A DNA stretch of 64,000 nucleotides from assembly GCA_964459305.1 (NCBI GenBank), contig CAYWNA010000038.1:5183-69182 (forward strand), given 5' to 3'. Both the position numbers and the translations under genes were made by a program. The notes beneath the pieces were generated by a model. It did no database searches, was not told the DNA's origin, and worked only from the letters and a program-made list of their open reading frames with translations. Numbering within the stretch: the stretch's first letter is position 1; each line of letters opens with the position of its first letter. The DNA comes from an uncultured Pirellulaceae bacterium. Lineage in GTDB: Bacteria; Planctomycetota; Planctomycetia; Pirellulales; Pirellulaceae. Positions 1-8,757 of this stretch are shown in pieces.

Positions 1-1104
1 CACACGATCCACTCGCTCGACGCCGCATCCGGCACAGAGCTTTGGCACCACATGGCGGGCGGGCGCGTCGATTCACCGCCCACCTACGCCAAAGGCAAGT
101 TGGTCTTCGGATCGGTTGATGGCTGGGTCACGTGTCTCCGAGCGTCCGATGGAGTTCCCGTCTGGCGATTTCGGGCGGCGCCGCGCGAGCGACTCGTTGG
201 AGCATACGGTCAATTGGAATCTGCGTGGCCCGTCCATGGCAGCGTCTTGGTCCTGGACGACGCCGTTTACTTCGCCGCCGGGCGCTCGTCCTATCTGGAC
301 GGAGGTATCCACCTCTATGGCCTCGACCTCGACTCGGGCCAAGAACGCTACCACGCCCGGCTGCAAGGCCCGAACGTCGACCTGAACAACGAGGCATGGT
401 TCGACGGCTACAACGATTCCGGCGGCCGAGGGGCGCTGGCCGACATTCTCCAGGTCAGTGGATCGTCGATCTGCATGCGCAACCGGGCCTTCGATCGCGA
501 GCTCAAAATCCATGCGGAAGCGGCGCCCCCGCACCTGCAGCCGATGGGCGGCTTTCTGGATGGCACCTACTTCAAACGCTACTTCTGGTTCTACGGCACG
601 CCCATGAACCGGCCCCTCTACGCCGCGATGGCGAGGCCCCAGATCACCAAGGAGCAAATGTCCATAGCGCTGGCACAACTCCTGGTGCGGGATAAGGATG
701 CCCTGTACGGCATGCGCATGTTCGATTCCATGAAGCTACTGAATGCCGACAACTACTTCGTGCCGGGCAAAGACGGATACCTCCTTTTCAAAGTCGCGCC
801 CGGGCACGGCGAGCCGATGTGGTCAACGCGCGTACCCGTTCGCGTCACGGCCATGGCGGTGACCCCGGATCGACTGGTCATTGCCGGGTCGCCGGATATC
901 GTCGATCCAGCCGATCCCCTGGCCGCCTTCGAGGCGCGCAAAGGCGGTCGCCTGCGCCTGGTCTCCACAGTTGACGGCAGCACACTGGAAGATCACCAAT
1001 TCGCCTCGCCGCCAGTGTTCAACGGGCTGGCCGTCGCGCGAAAACGTGTGTTCCTCTCGCTCGAGGTCGGAAAGGTCGTCTGTCTCTCGGCTGTGACAAG
1101 GTAA
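1..1104 (+). CDS. PQQ-like beta-propeller repeat protein (BamB-like), 5' partial. The frame is open from window base 1.
   Basis: Upstream in-frame translation HTIHSLDAASGTELWHH continues the ORF with no stop. Repeated 'D/SxDGxVxxLrAsDGxxxWrF' blades as in PQQ/BamB propellers. Confidence 0.75.
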   Translation, partial: HTIHSLDAASGTELWHHMAGGRVDSPPTYAKGKLVFGSVDGWVTCLRASDGVPVWRFRAAPRERLVGAYGQLESAWPVHGSVLVLDDAVYFAAGRSSYLDGGIHLYGLDLDSGQERYHARLQGPNVDLNNEAWFDGYNDSGGRGALADILQVSGSSICMRNRAFDRELKIHAEAAPPHLQPMGGFLDGTYFKRYFWFYGTPMNRPLYAAMARPQITKEQMSIALAQLLVRDKDALYGMRMFDSMKLLNADNYFVPGKDGYLLFKVAPGHGEPMWSTRVPVRVTAMAVTPDRLVIAGSPDIVDPADPLAAFEARKGGRLRLVSTVDGSTLEDHQFASPPVFNGLAVARKRVFLSLEVGKVVCLSAVTR

Positions 1105-1176
1105 CGAGGGTCGTTTCCTCACTTTGAGCGTGTCGGGGAATTGCGGATTGTATCGCGAATTGTGGAACATTCTGCC

Positions 1177-1575
1177 CTACGGCTTAACATTGAAGCCAAG
1201 TCGCAGCAGAACTCCCTTGACTCTTTCGCTTTGTTTGCCCTGAATCTCGATGACTTCGTCCTTGAGAGTTCCACCGGCGCCGCACGCATTCTTGAGTTTG
1301 GTTAGCAGTTCCGGCAAGTCGTTGCCTTCGATTGGCAATCCCTGAATCACCGTAACGACCTTTCCCTTCTTCCGCTTTTCGACCGAAACCCTCGCAGTCT
1401 GTTCCGCTGGCGGGATCCGCGGAGGCGGAGGTGGCGGACATTGACAGTCCGCTTCGAGTTGGCCGCAGTCGTCACAACGCGGTGGTCGGTCGAATTCAGT
1501 GCCCTCGAAGAGTCGCATGTCAGCTCCCAACAACTCAGGCAACCTTGCGTCGCATGCGTATGCAATCCGGGTCAC
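1177..1575 (-). CDS. SUI1/YciH-type translation initiation factor with an N-terminal Cys-cluster extension
   Basis: C-terminal KGKVVTVIQGL...LKNACGAGGT is the SUI1 fold signature. N-term CDDCGQLEADCQC. The 40-nt same-strand overlap with the upstream gene suggests the true start is an internal Met. Confidence 0.75.
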   Translation of the reverse strand: MTRIAYACDARLPELLGADMRLFEGTEFDRPPRCDDCGQLEADCQCPPPPPPRIPPAEQTARVSVEKRKKGKVVTVIQGLPIEGNDLPELLTKLKNACGAGGTLKDEVIEIQGKQSERVKGVLLRLGFNVKP

Positions 1576-2197
1576 TGTAAGTCAACAACAGTGCTCCGCG
1601 GGCTGCATACCTTTCGAACAGATCCGCCGTGAGTTCTTCATCGTTGGGCCAGGGAAAGGCGAAAACCACATCGAAATCTCGAACCTCCATCCCTAATTCG
1701 TCGTACGCGTGGTCTGCATGCGGATCGAGAGACAGCCCACCGTCGCACTCCGCAAAGGCTCGGTCGACCAGGTCGTCAGCTCCTTGGGAGATGAAACTGC
1801 CGTTGATGAACTCGACTGGAATACCGAAATCTTCCGCTAATTTCAGCGAGGCGTCGAACAGGTCTCGGTCGATCTCGATGCCAATAGCGTCAAACCCGAC
1901 CAACGCAGCCAGTGACGCCACCACGCCCAAACCACTGCCCCATTCGCAGAACGCGTTGCCGCAGGCCACGTCAGCCTCGGCGACGGCTCGCAGTGCATGA
2001 TACACGAAGACATAATCGCTCGGCACAAAACCGCGAAAGATGCTAGGGATATTACTGATGAAATCGCGGCCCAGGTGATCGGCTTCCCGCAGAAACTCTG
2101 CCACGTTTTGGGGCAAGTCAATCGGGTCAACGGCGAGATCGACATCAGTCAGAGGCATGTCGGCGAGTGGGGTCCGAGGAATTGGCGGATGGACCAA
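1535..2197 (-). CDS. class I SAM-dependent methyltransferase
   Basis: CEWGSGLGVVA glycine-rich SAM-binding motif I, followed by acidic motif II (GIEID). Confidence 0.7.
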   Translation of the reverse strand: MVHPPIPRTPLADMPLTDVDLAVDPIDLPQNVAEFLREADHLGRDFISNIPSIFRGFVPSDYVFVYHALRAVAEADVACGNAFCEWGSGLGVVASLAALVGFDAIGIEIDRDLFDASLKLAEDFGIPVEFINGSFISQGADDLVDRAFAECDGGLSLDPHADHAYDELGMEVRDFDVVFAFPWPNDEELTADLFERYAARGALLLTYSDPDCIRMRRKVA

Positions 2198-2249
2198 TCA
2201 TAGGCAATGTGGACTGAAACACAATTGGCGATTGACCCCTGAATTCATG

Positions 2250-2376
2250 CCGTCCACGGGCAAGTCTGACCTGTAGCCGAACCCGCCAGAGTCTGGTTTT
2301 TCCTGACGCGGGGCCGAAGTCTGGGCGACTTCGGCTACATGCTAAAAATAGTCAATCCAGGCCGCAGGCGGTATGA
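2250..2376 (+). repeat. dispersed repeat family A, copy 1 (MITE-like, about 130 bp)
   Basis: Shares the caagtctgac..gtagccgaa..cgccagagt.tgg ... aagtctggcgacttcggctacatgc..aaaa..gtcaatcc.ggccgc.ggcggtat core with five other copies. Confidence 0.8.
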
Positions 2377-2664
2377 CGCAGACCGAATAAAGGTGCTCAG
2401 TAGACCCGATATGTCCTACACACAGCCCCTATATTCCTTCGGGGGCTAGGCCCGAATGTGGAAAAACGGCTAGGATACGCATCGTCCATTTCGCACGGAC
2501 AAGAAGAGCTGGTTGGATGAGGTTGGAATCGCTATCATTGGGGCACGGATGAGAGACCGGCGAGCGTGACGTCCAACGATCTCATCTGCCAACCCGTCCA
2601 ATCGAACCAGGGATCTTGGCTCTACAGTCCAACGTCGTCATTTTCAAGTACGGAGAAAACAGAC

Positions 2665-2772
2665 ATGGGTGACAAGGGAAGCAAAGACAAGGGCAAAAGG
2701 GAACAGCAGAAGAAAGCCCAGCGCACTCCAAAGGAAAAGCGGAGGCTGAAGAGAGAGAAGAAAACCAAGTAG
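2665..2772 (+). CDS. 35-aa lysine/arginine-rich basic micro-protein
   Basis: ATG preceded by GGAG at -13. MGDKGSKDKGKREQQKKAQRTPKEKRRLKREKKTK uses AAG/AAA codons consistently. 70 nt upstream of the next gene on the same strand. Confidence 0.3.
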   Translation: MGDKGSKDKGKREQQKKAQRTPKEKRRLKREKKTK

Positions 2773-2844
2773 CAGGTAATTTGGTGAATGACGCGCGTCA
2801 TTCGTAATGCTCCGAACTCTGGATCTGAGAGGAAAGTCTGAACC

Positions 2845-3624
2845 ATGGCACAGATGTTGTTCTACGAGAACGTCGTTCCCGTCAGCAAAGAACGGCACAA
2901 GGACCTAAGCATCGAACGCGTTGACTTCGATTTCGCGAGCAACGTCAACTCGGTTCCACTGACCGCGATTGAAATTCCGTTAGCGGCTCGCGAGTACACC
3001 ATCGTGTTCGCAGGTAGCGAGGAAGCCGTCGTTCCCGTTGTCGTCTTGGGCGTCGAAGGAACTGAGAATCAATACCTCGATGAGAACAAAGCCTGGAAAG
3101 CTGACTACATTCCAGCGTTTGTGCGGCGTTATCCGTTCGTCTTCTCGCAGGCGGAAGACGGTTCGCAGTTCATGCTGTGCATCGACGAAACCTGGGCAGG
3201 CTGCAATCGCGAAGGACGGGGGCAGCGTCTGTTCACCGACGAAGGCGAGCAGACGCCCTATCTGCAGAACATGTTGAAGTTCCTTGGTGACTATCAGACG
3301 CAGTTCGTGCGAACGCAGGCTTACTGCAAGAAACTCAAGGAACTTGAATTGCTGGAACCGATGCAAGCCCAGCTCACGCTGCCCGGCGGCGAGAAGCGGG
3401 CGCTCGCCGGCTTCCTCGGTGTGACCCGTGCCAGGATCAACGCACTTGAAGCAGAGAAGTTGGCAGAACTCGTCAAAACCAACGAACTTGAGTTGTGCTA
3501 CCTGCAAATGGCTTCGCTGAACAACCTGGGTTCGGTCGTGAATCGCTCGATGCCGAAGAAAGCATCGGAAGTTGAAGAATCGGAGCCGGTTGAAGAAGAA
3601 AAGAAGACAAGAAAAAAGAAGTAG
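2845..3624 (+). CDS. SapC-family-like protein (tentative family call), acidic/Lys-rich C-terminal tail
   Basis: 259-aa ORF with coherent codon usage. N-terminal FYENVVPVSKERHKDL...VPLTAIE recalls the SapC (PF07277) N-terminus from memory. Not verifiable here. Confidence 0.45.
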   Translation: MAQMLFYENVVPVSKERHKDLSIERVDFDFASNVNSVPLTAIEIPLAAREYTIVFAGSEEAVVPVVVLGVEGTENQYLDENKAWKADYIPAFVRRYPFVFSQAEDGSQFMLCIDETWAGCNREGRGQRLFTDEGEQTPYLQNMLKFLGDYQTQFVRTQAYCKKLKELELLEPMQAQLTLPGGEKRALAGFLGVTRARINALEAEKLAELVKTNELELCYLQMASLNNLGSVVNRSMPKKASEVEESEPVEEEKKTRKKK

Positions 3625-3820
3625 AACGGTTCCATTCTCGTCTGCAACGGAACCGGTTCCGCTCGATTTCGCCAGGGCTTCTGTTCCCAACGAGCAGAAG
3701 CCCTGCCTTCGTTTATCGGGAATCAACCCATTCTTGGCTCAAAGCGTTGCAGTTGTACACTCTCGCTGTATTCATGGTGCGAGACCGGCATCGGCGAAGG
3801 CCGTTTCTGGTTCAAGCGGT

Positions 3821-3950
3821 TATACCATCCGCGGGCAAGTCTGATCCGTAGCCGAACTCGCCAGAGTTTGGTTTTCCCCTACGTGGCCCAAAGTCTGGCG
3901 ACTTCGGCTACATGCGGAAAAGTGTCAATCCTGGCCGCGGCCGGTATAGA
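3821..3950 (+). repeat. dispersed repeat family A, copy 2 (best-preserved: TIR-like ends TATACCATCCGCGG / CCGCGGCCGGTATA)
   Basis: Near-identical to copies at 30211 and 43662. Internal imperfect 24-bp hairpin gtagccgaactcgccagagtttgg / ccaaagtctggcgacttcggctac. Confidence 0.85.
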
Positions 3951-3985
3951 GGGGCACTCATGCGCCAAGCCTCACGAGCGTTCGC

Positions 3986-4504
3986 TTACCAAAGGCCCGG
4001 TGTGACGATTGCGGTCGTTCCATCCGGCCCGCGCTGGACGCTGTAGTCGCCCATGAGGTTTGAAAAGAAAAGCGTACCGGCAGATGGGTTGCCTGGGATG
4101 AAAATCGCGCCGCTGCCTTTATTCTGATCGATCAATACCCCTTCCCCAAAGAAGACGCCCGATAAATAGGAAATCCCTCCCGGAAGCTGAACCACCGTTG
4201 CTCGCTGGTAGATGTCCATGGCGCGGCCAAGCACCGAAGCCCGATCGCCGCACACGATGTTCGTGGTCAGTCCCTGAGCCAGAGCAAATCCTTCCGAGTT
4301 TGGGGAGGCACCGCCGTTGGAACGACGAATCTGCTGGAAGGCGTTATGGGCGCGTTCAAGTTCGTGCAAGTCGTTCCTCCGCCGCGAGCGAATGAAGATC
4401 CTTCGGCGCTGATCATCGAAGGTACTTTGGGCGGCCTCAAAGGCAGCGTTGGCGTGAACGCTGCTGGTGGCATGAGCTTTAACCTCCAAGGCAAGGCTCT
4501 CCAA
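3986..4504 (-). CDS. hypothetical protein (coding strand ambiguous; overlaps a plus-strand ORF 4346..4567)
   Basis: 172-aa ORF ending ...GTTAIVTPGLW. No recognisable motif. Both strands give protein-like translations. Confidence 0.3.
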   Translation of the reverse strand: MESLALEVKAHATSSVHANAAFEAAQSTFDDQRRRIFIRSRRRNDLHELERAHNAFQQIRRSNGGASPNSEGFALAQGLTTNIVCGDRASVLGRAMDIYQRATVVQLPGGISYLSGVFFGEGVLIDQNKGSGAIFIPGNPSAGTLFFSNLMGDYSVQRGPDGTTAIVTPGLW

Positions 4505-4728
4505 GAGTCGCTCGATTTCGCCGGCATTTTCTCCCAGAACTTCAAGCAGTCCTACAAGACCTGGTAGGTCTGCCTGACAGAGAGACTGGTGTTGTTACAG
4601 CCGGGCCCAACGTCTGCGGACGTTGGGCCCGTGCTTCTTGCGCTCCTGCTGGCCTCCGCCGTTGGGGTGACTGACCTTTAGATGGCGACGAAAAGCGGCG
4701 ATAAGTCGCCGCACTCCGATGGAGTAGG

Positions 4729-6183
4729 CTAGCGCACGAACATGATGCCGAGAAACCCGCCATCCAACAGCAGGCTGTTGTAGTGGATATTGGCTTGGCC
4801 CGTGCTGAGATCGGACGCATTGATTTGATCCGGCGCCAAGGCGACACCGCCGAGTCCCATTAGTCGGTAACCACCGTGGACCAGAAGGCGCTCGGTCAAC
4901 TGATAGGTGAGCACGAAATCGGCCTCGCCGACGAAAGCCACCTTCGTGTCGTTGACTTCAACCGCCGGGGCGAGGACGGAAGAATAGGTGCGTTGCTGCG
5001 CGTGGTTGCCGTAGACACCGAACTTCAGCTTAACGGAGAAGTTGAGGGGACCACCGCGATCGTACAACAGGGCGTCGCCCCCAAACTGTACGCCATAGAG
5101 GTTATTTTCCGCATCGATGTCCAGGGCATCTTTGAACGGTGCGTTCAGCTCGGAAACCAGCAGATCGTCGTTGAACGCAATGTAGCGAAAGCCCCCGAAA
5201 CACGACCACCGACAGCCATCGCTGATGCGCAGGTGGATTTCGCCGCTGTGCAAGCTGGAATCATATTCCACCAGGTATGCGGCAGGATTGACGGCTAGGT
5301 CGAAGCCGGGGCCGTTCAGTTGCAGATTACCCACCGCCGCTGCTTGCCCATCCCATGACGGAATACCCAGGTAGGCAATTTCCCAACCGAATCCACTGGC
5401 ATCATGGTGCGTAACGCCAACCTGGAGCCCCAATTTGTAAGTGAAGTCGAGGTCCGAGGAACTGATTACGCTGCCGCCCGTGGCCTGATCCGTGATGAGT
5501 GACAAACCATCCGCGTTCCTTCGCCGCAGACCCACCAGGTCCACATCCCAAATCCAACCAGAACAACGCCAAGTGAACCAATCGTCCTTAAGGTCGATTT
5601 TCGACGGTTCGGCGGGGGCGTTTCCGGTGGTTTTCGAAGGTGTCGATGGCTTGTCGGATGGTGAGGCTCGGTCGACGGTCGCAGACGACTGCTTTGCCGG
5701 TCGGGGCATGTCGAACATCGAGGCACCGAACGTGGTTGCGGGCTGCGAAACGCTTTGACCGTTGGGCCGCTCGCCAGGCCAAACCAACTGGCTCCGGCTT
5801 TTCGGCGCAAATGTCTTGGTTGTACGAGGCTGGAAGTGAGTCGACCCTCCCGCGCGACGGTAGTTCGTTTGATCGTAGATGGGTACGGCGGTCGGCCCCG
5901 TTTTCGGATATGGCGTCCCCCATGGCACGGCCGCGCCGGATCGCTCCGGTGCCACAGCACGCCCTTGAGGCGCGACAACCTTGGTCGTTGGGTAGCTCGT
6001 TGTCTTGCGTACGGCTGTTGGCGCGTAGCCCCATGGCTGCCAATCCGCTTGCTGGCGTTCCCCCATCCGTGTGTCCGCGCGGGGTCTCTGATTCGGCATG
6101 TCCCACGGCTGGGCGCCGGCCGTATCCAGCAGGCCCAGCACAAGTGCGATCATCATGGTTGAGCGAGCCATCATCACAACCAC
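4729..6183 (-). CDS. putative outer-membrane beta-barrel protein, BBP7-like, with Pro-rich N-terminal region
   Basis: Signal peptide MMIALVLGLLDTAGA, Pro/Thr-rich low-complexity segment, C-terminal alternating beta-strand pattern. Paralogous to 18114..19556 (NNLYGVQFGGD vs NHLYGAQAGGD; GEADFVLTYQ...GGYRLMGLGGVALA vs GEVDLMATYQ...GGYMLLYSEGVALG). Confidence 0.55.
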   Translation of the reverse strand: MVVMMARSTMMIALVLGLLDTAGAQPWDMPNQRPRADTRMGERQQADWQPWGYAPTAVRKTTSYPTTKVVAPQGRAVAPERSGAAVPWGTPYPKTGPTAVPIYDQTNYRRAGGSTHFQPRTTKTFAPKSRSQLVWPGERPNGQSVSQPATTFGASMFDMPRPAKQSSATVDRASPSDKPSTPSKTTGNAPAEPSKIDLKDDWFTWRCSGWIWDVDLVGLRRRNADGLSLITDQATGGSVISSSDLDFTYKLGLQVGVTHHDASGFGWEIAYLGIPSWDGQAAAVGNLQLNGPGFDLAVNPAAYLVEYDSSLHSGEIHLRISDGCRWSCFGGFRYIAFNDDLLVSELNAPFKDALDIDAENNLYGVQFGGDALLYDRGGPLNFSVKLKFGVYGNHAQQRTYSSVLAPAVEVNDTKVAFVGEADFVLTYQLTERLLVHGGYRLMGLGGVALAPDQINASDLSTGQANIHYNSLLLDGGFLGIMFVR

Positions 6184-6546
6184 GGCCTCTTGCCCTTACT
6201 TTTCACCGTTTGCCGTCCGCATTTCACGTTCGTAGTACTGGCTTCAGCCGGCCTGGACCACCCAAAGGGGACGAACCGGACGTTTGAATCCTGACAGACC
6301 ATCAGCACCTGCCGGCGATCCGTCTGAGATTGTTGATCGGCAATTGCTAGTTTTGAAAGCCACGCCATTTCGCGCGCATGGCACACTACGTTTCAGTACT
6401 GCCGATGGCGTGTCAGTCTGGGAAGCCTGCGAAGGGCAATCCAATTAGACAGTTCGTGCCTGTGGTTCGGATGGTTTTTCATTTCCGAGAAGTAGTGGTC
6501 CGATGATCTCTAGGGCCGGGGTGAATCCGCGCCCGCAGACCAGGAA

Positions 6547-7872
6547 ATGAGGTCCATGAAATCAGCAGGAAAAACCTGTTGTCCATTATTCTATGGGCTT
6601 CTGCTGCCGCTTTGGTGCATGGGGCTAACCTGCGCGCTGGCCGACGAGGTTCGCGACTTCGACCGTCACATGACTCGTTTCCCGCCGGTTAACAATGGAA
6701 GTCGTTCCGGCCAGCGTCTAACTTCGCCTGGTCTATCCGGCGAGACGCACCACCGCTATCCTCGCACTGAATCTCCAGACGCGCCCCAGAGGGGTGGGGT
6801 CCCTCGCACCGGATCTCCGGATGGGCCCTAGAGCGGTGCCTATCCGAGCACCCAACTTCCTGCCCCGTCTCTGAACACGCCGACGGTCACGAACAACATA
6901 AACCGGTACCCCGCACCTGCATGGCCGGTCTCGATACCGAATTCTCTCAACTCCTCTCCGCCGCCAACCGCTCCGGCCGATGGCGGATCGTCGGACACCG
7001 ATGCCGGGTCGGCAGACAAACGTGAACCCATTGGCCCGAAGCCTCCGGAGGATGCCAACGAGCTGCTTGCACGAGACACCAACCTGTTGCTGAAGCCCGG
7101 CAAAGTGCAGACCGAGATCGGTATTCTGTATAGCCGCCAGCAATCACCGAGAATCGCTGTGCTGTCGGATGGGACGCCCATTTTGGAACGTCTTCGCAGT
7201 CGTGCATTCATCGCGCCCTTCAGTCTTCGTTACGGCTTGTCGAAGAAGATGGAGCTGTTTACTGCCATACCGTTTGGGTTGTCGTTTTTCGAGCGCGACA
7301 ACGTTGTCCAGGAATCACATGAGGAAGCCGGCGTGCTTGGGGATATCACCGCCGGTTTCGTGTACCAGCTTCCAGAGACTCGGTTCCACCTGCCGGACAC
7401 AGCTTTCACCTTCAACCTGACGACTCCCACTAGCTCCAATTCGGCTTCGACGATCAGCGGGGATCAAGCGACGTTGGGAAACGGCGTGTGGAAATTGGGC
7501 GTGGGGTTCAATGTCGTCGAGTCGGTTGACCCCATCGTCTTCTTCGGCGGGTTCGGCTACCAATACCAGTTTGCGGAAACCACAAACGGACTTCACATCC
7601 AGCGCGGCGATGCATTCAACTGCTATTTCGGAGCGGGCTTCGCCGTCAGTGACGACATCTCCCTCTCCACGCAAATCACCGGCCTCCTGCAGGACAAGAC
7701 GTCCGTCAGCGGCATCGTGATCCCCAATTCGGACATCGAGCCGCTGTCTGTCCGCCTTGGATTCATACGCCGACTGTCGCTCAAGTCGCGCATTCAGCCG
7801 TCGGTCGAATTCGGACTTACCCAAGACGCGGCGGACGCTACCGTGAGCCTGCGATTCATTCACGACGAATGA
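6547..7872 (+). pseudogene. secreted outer-membrane barrel-like protein (signal peptide + about 150-aa Pro/Ser/Thr linker + beta-rich C-domain) interrupted by one in-frame TAG at 6829..6831
   Basis: ORFs 6547..6831 and 7087..7872 are in the same frame. I translated 6832..7086 by hand and found no further stop (SGAYPSTQLPAPSLNTPTVTNNINRYPAPAWPVSIPNSLNSSPPPTAPADGGSSDTDAGSADKREPIGPKPPEDANELLARDTNLLLKPGKV). N-term MKSAGKTCCPLFYGLLLPLWCMGLTCALA is a strong signal peptide. The C-domain resembles the MetA-pathway/phenol-degradation-like OM transporter family. Confidence 0.5.
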
Positions 7873-7875
7873 GAC

Positions 7876-8637
7876 ATGACCCGAAAGCCAAGTGGCAAAC
7901 GAGCTGAACTACTGGCGGCATTAGCCGTTGTGCTGACGGCATCCATGACCGGCTGCCACGCGGTTAATGAGATGATCGTCAAATACGACGGCAAGGCGAA
8001 AGCCGGCGAAACACACGGGGGCGAGGTTTTCCAGACCATCGGAAACGGTTTTCAGATCCGGCGGCCCACCAAATCATGGCGCACTATCCAGCGCGAAAAC
8101 GTGATCATTCAACGACTAGACTACTCGTGTGGTTCGGGCGCGTTGGCGACCTTACTGCGACACTACTTTGAAGACGACATCACCGAGCAACACGTACTGG
8201 AGGCGATCTTCCAGCGGATCGGGAGGTCGGAAAAGCCCAAAGAGGAACTCAAAGACCGAATCCAAAACGGTTTCTCGATGCTCGATCTACTGAACGCGGC
8301 GAAGGATTTAGGGTATTTGGGGGCTGTGGTTCGCATACCGTTCGCCAAACTAGCCGAGTCGCCAGCTCCCGTCATCGTCCGCATCGAGAAGTACGAGTAC
8401 AAGCACTTCGTCGTTTTCCGCGGCGTACATGACGACACGGTCTATCTCGCCGACCCCATTCGCGGAAATGTCCGGCTCTCAGTCCAAGAATTCCTTGAAC
8501 AGTGGAGCGGTGAATCTCTGTTCCTCGGCAAGCAAGGCTTTGGCCTGCCAAAGGAGTATCCGTTGGCTCTAAAGGTCCGCGGCCCAGCCCGGCCCGAATT
8601 GGAAGTCGCCCGACAAGCTCTTTTTCCCTCGAAGTAG
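7876..8637 (+). CDS. C39-like cysteine peptidase domain lipoprotein
   Basis: Lipobox LTASMTGC. QRLDYSCGSGALATLL (catalytic Cys in the C39 Q..CG.A motif), HFVVFRGVHDDTVYLADP (His/Asp). Starts 4 nt after the upstream stop. Confidence 0.6.
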   Translation: MTRKPSGKRAELLAALAVVLTASMTGCHAVNEMIVKYDGKAKAGETHGGEVFQTIGNGFQIRRPTKSWRTIQRENVIIQRLDYSCGSGALATLLRHYFEDDITEQHVLEAIFQRIGRSEKPKEELKDRIQNGFSMLDLLNAAKDLGYLGAVVRIPFAKLAESPAPVIVRIEKYEYKHFVVFRGVHDDTVYLADPIRGNVRLSVQEFLEQWSGESLFLGKQGFGLPKEYPLALKVRGPARPELEVARQALFPSK

Positions 8638-8757
8638 TACCCAGGGGCAGATTTCGCAGCGATTTGGGTCATCCCCTTCATTGACACTCTCGCCCCGCCG
8701 CCTATAGAATCTCGGACCCGGCCGTTCCGAGTTTCGTTTGAAGTAGGAGAGAAAAGC

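Noticed and set aside
73-695. ORFs 73..678(-), 116..385(+), 128..397(-), 132..695(+) overlapping the PQQ-propeller gene
   Set aside because: Arg/Pro/Gly-rich translations typical of off-frame and antisense reading of high-GC coding DNA. The propeller frame has clear repeats.
1535-1575. 40-nt same-strand overlap between methyltransferase and SUI1-like ORFs as a genuine overlap or frameshift
   Set aside because: More simply explained by the SUI1-like gene starting at an internal Met (MRLFEG...). No frameshift evidence.
5466-6287. ORFs 5466..6143(-), 5588..6106(-), 5640..6287(+), 5755..6162(+) inside the BBP7-like gene
   Set aside because: Low-complexity R/P/S-rich ghosts. Only the 4729..6183 frame has a signal peptide plus a barrel-like C-terminus.
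6547-7872. Treating 6547..6831 and 7087..7872 as two independent genes
   Set aside because: Same frame, no stop other than one TAG, the downstream part lacks its own signal peptide and canonical start, and the linker composition is continuous across the stop.
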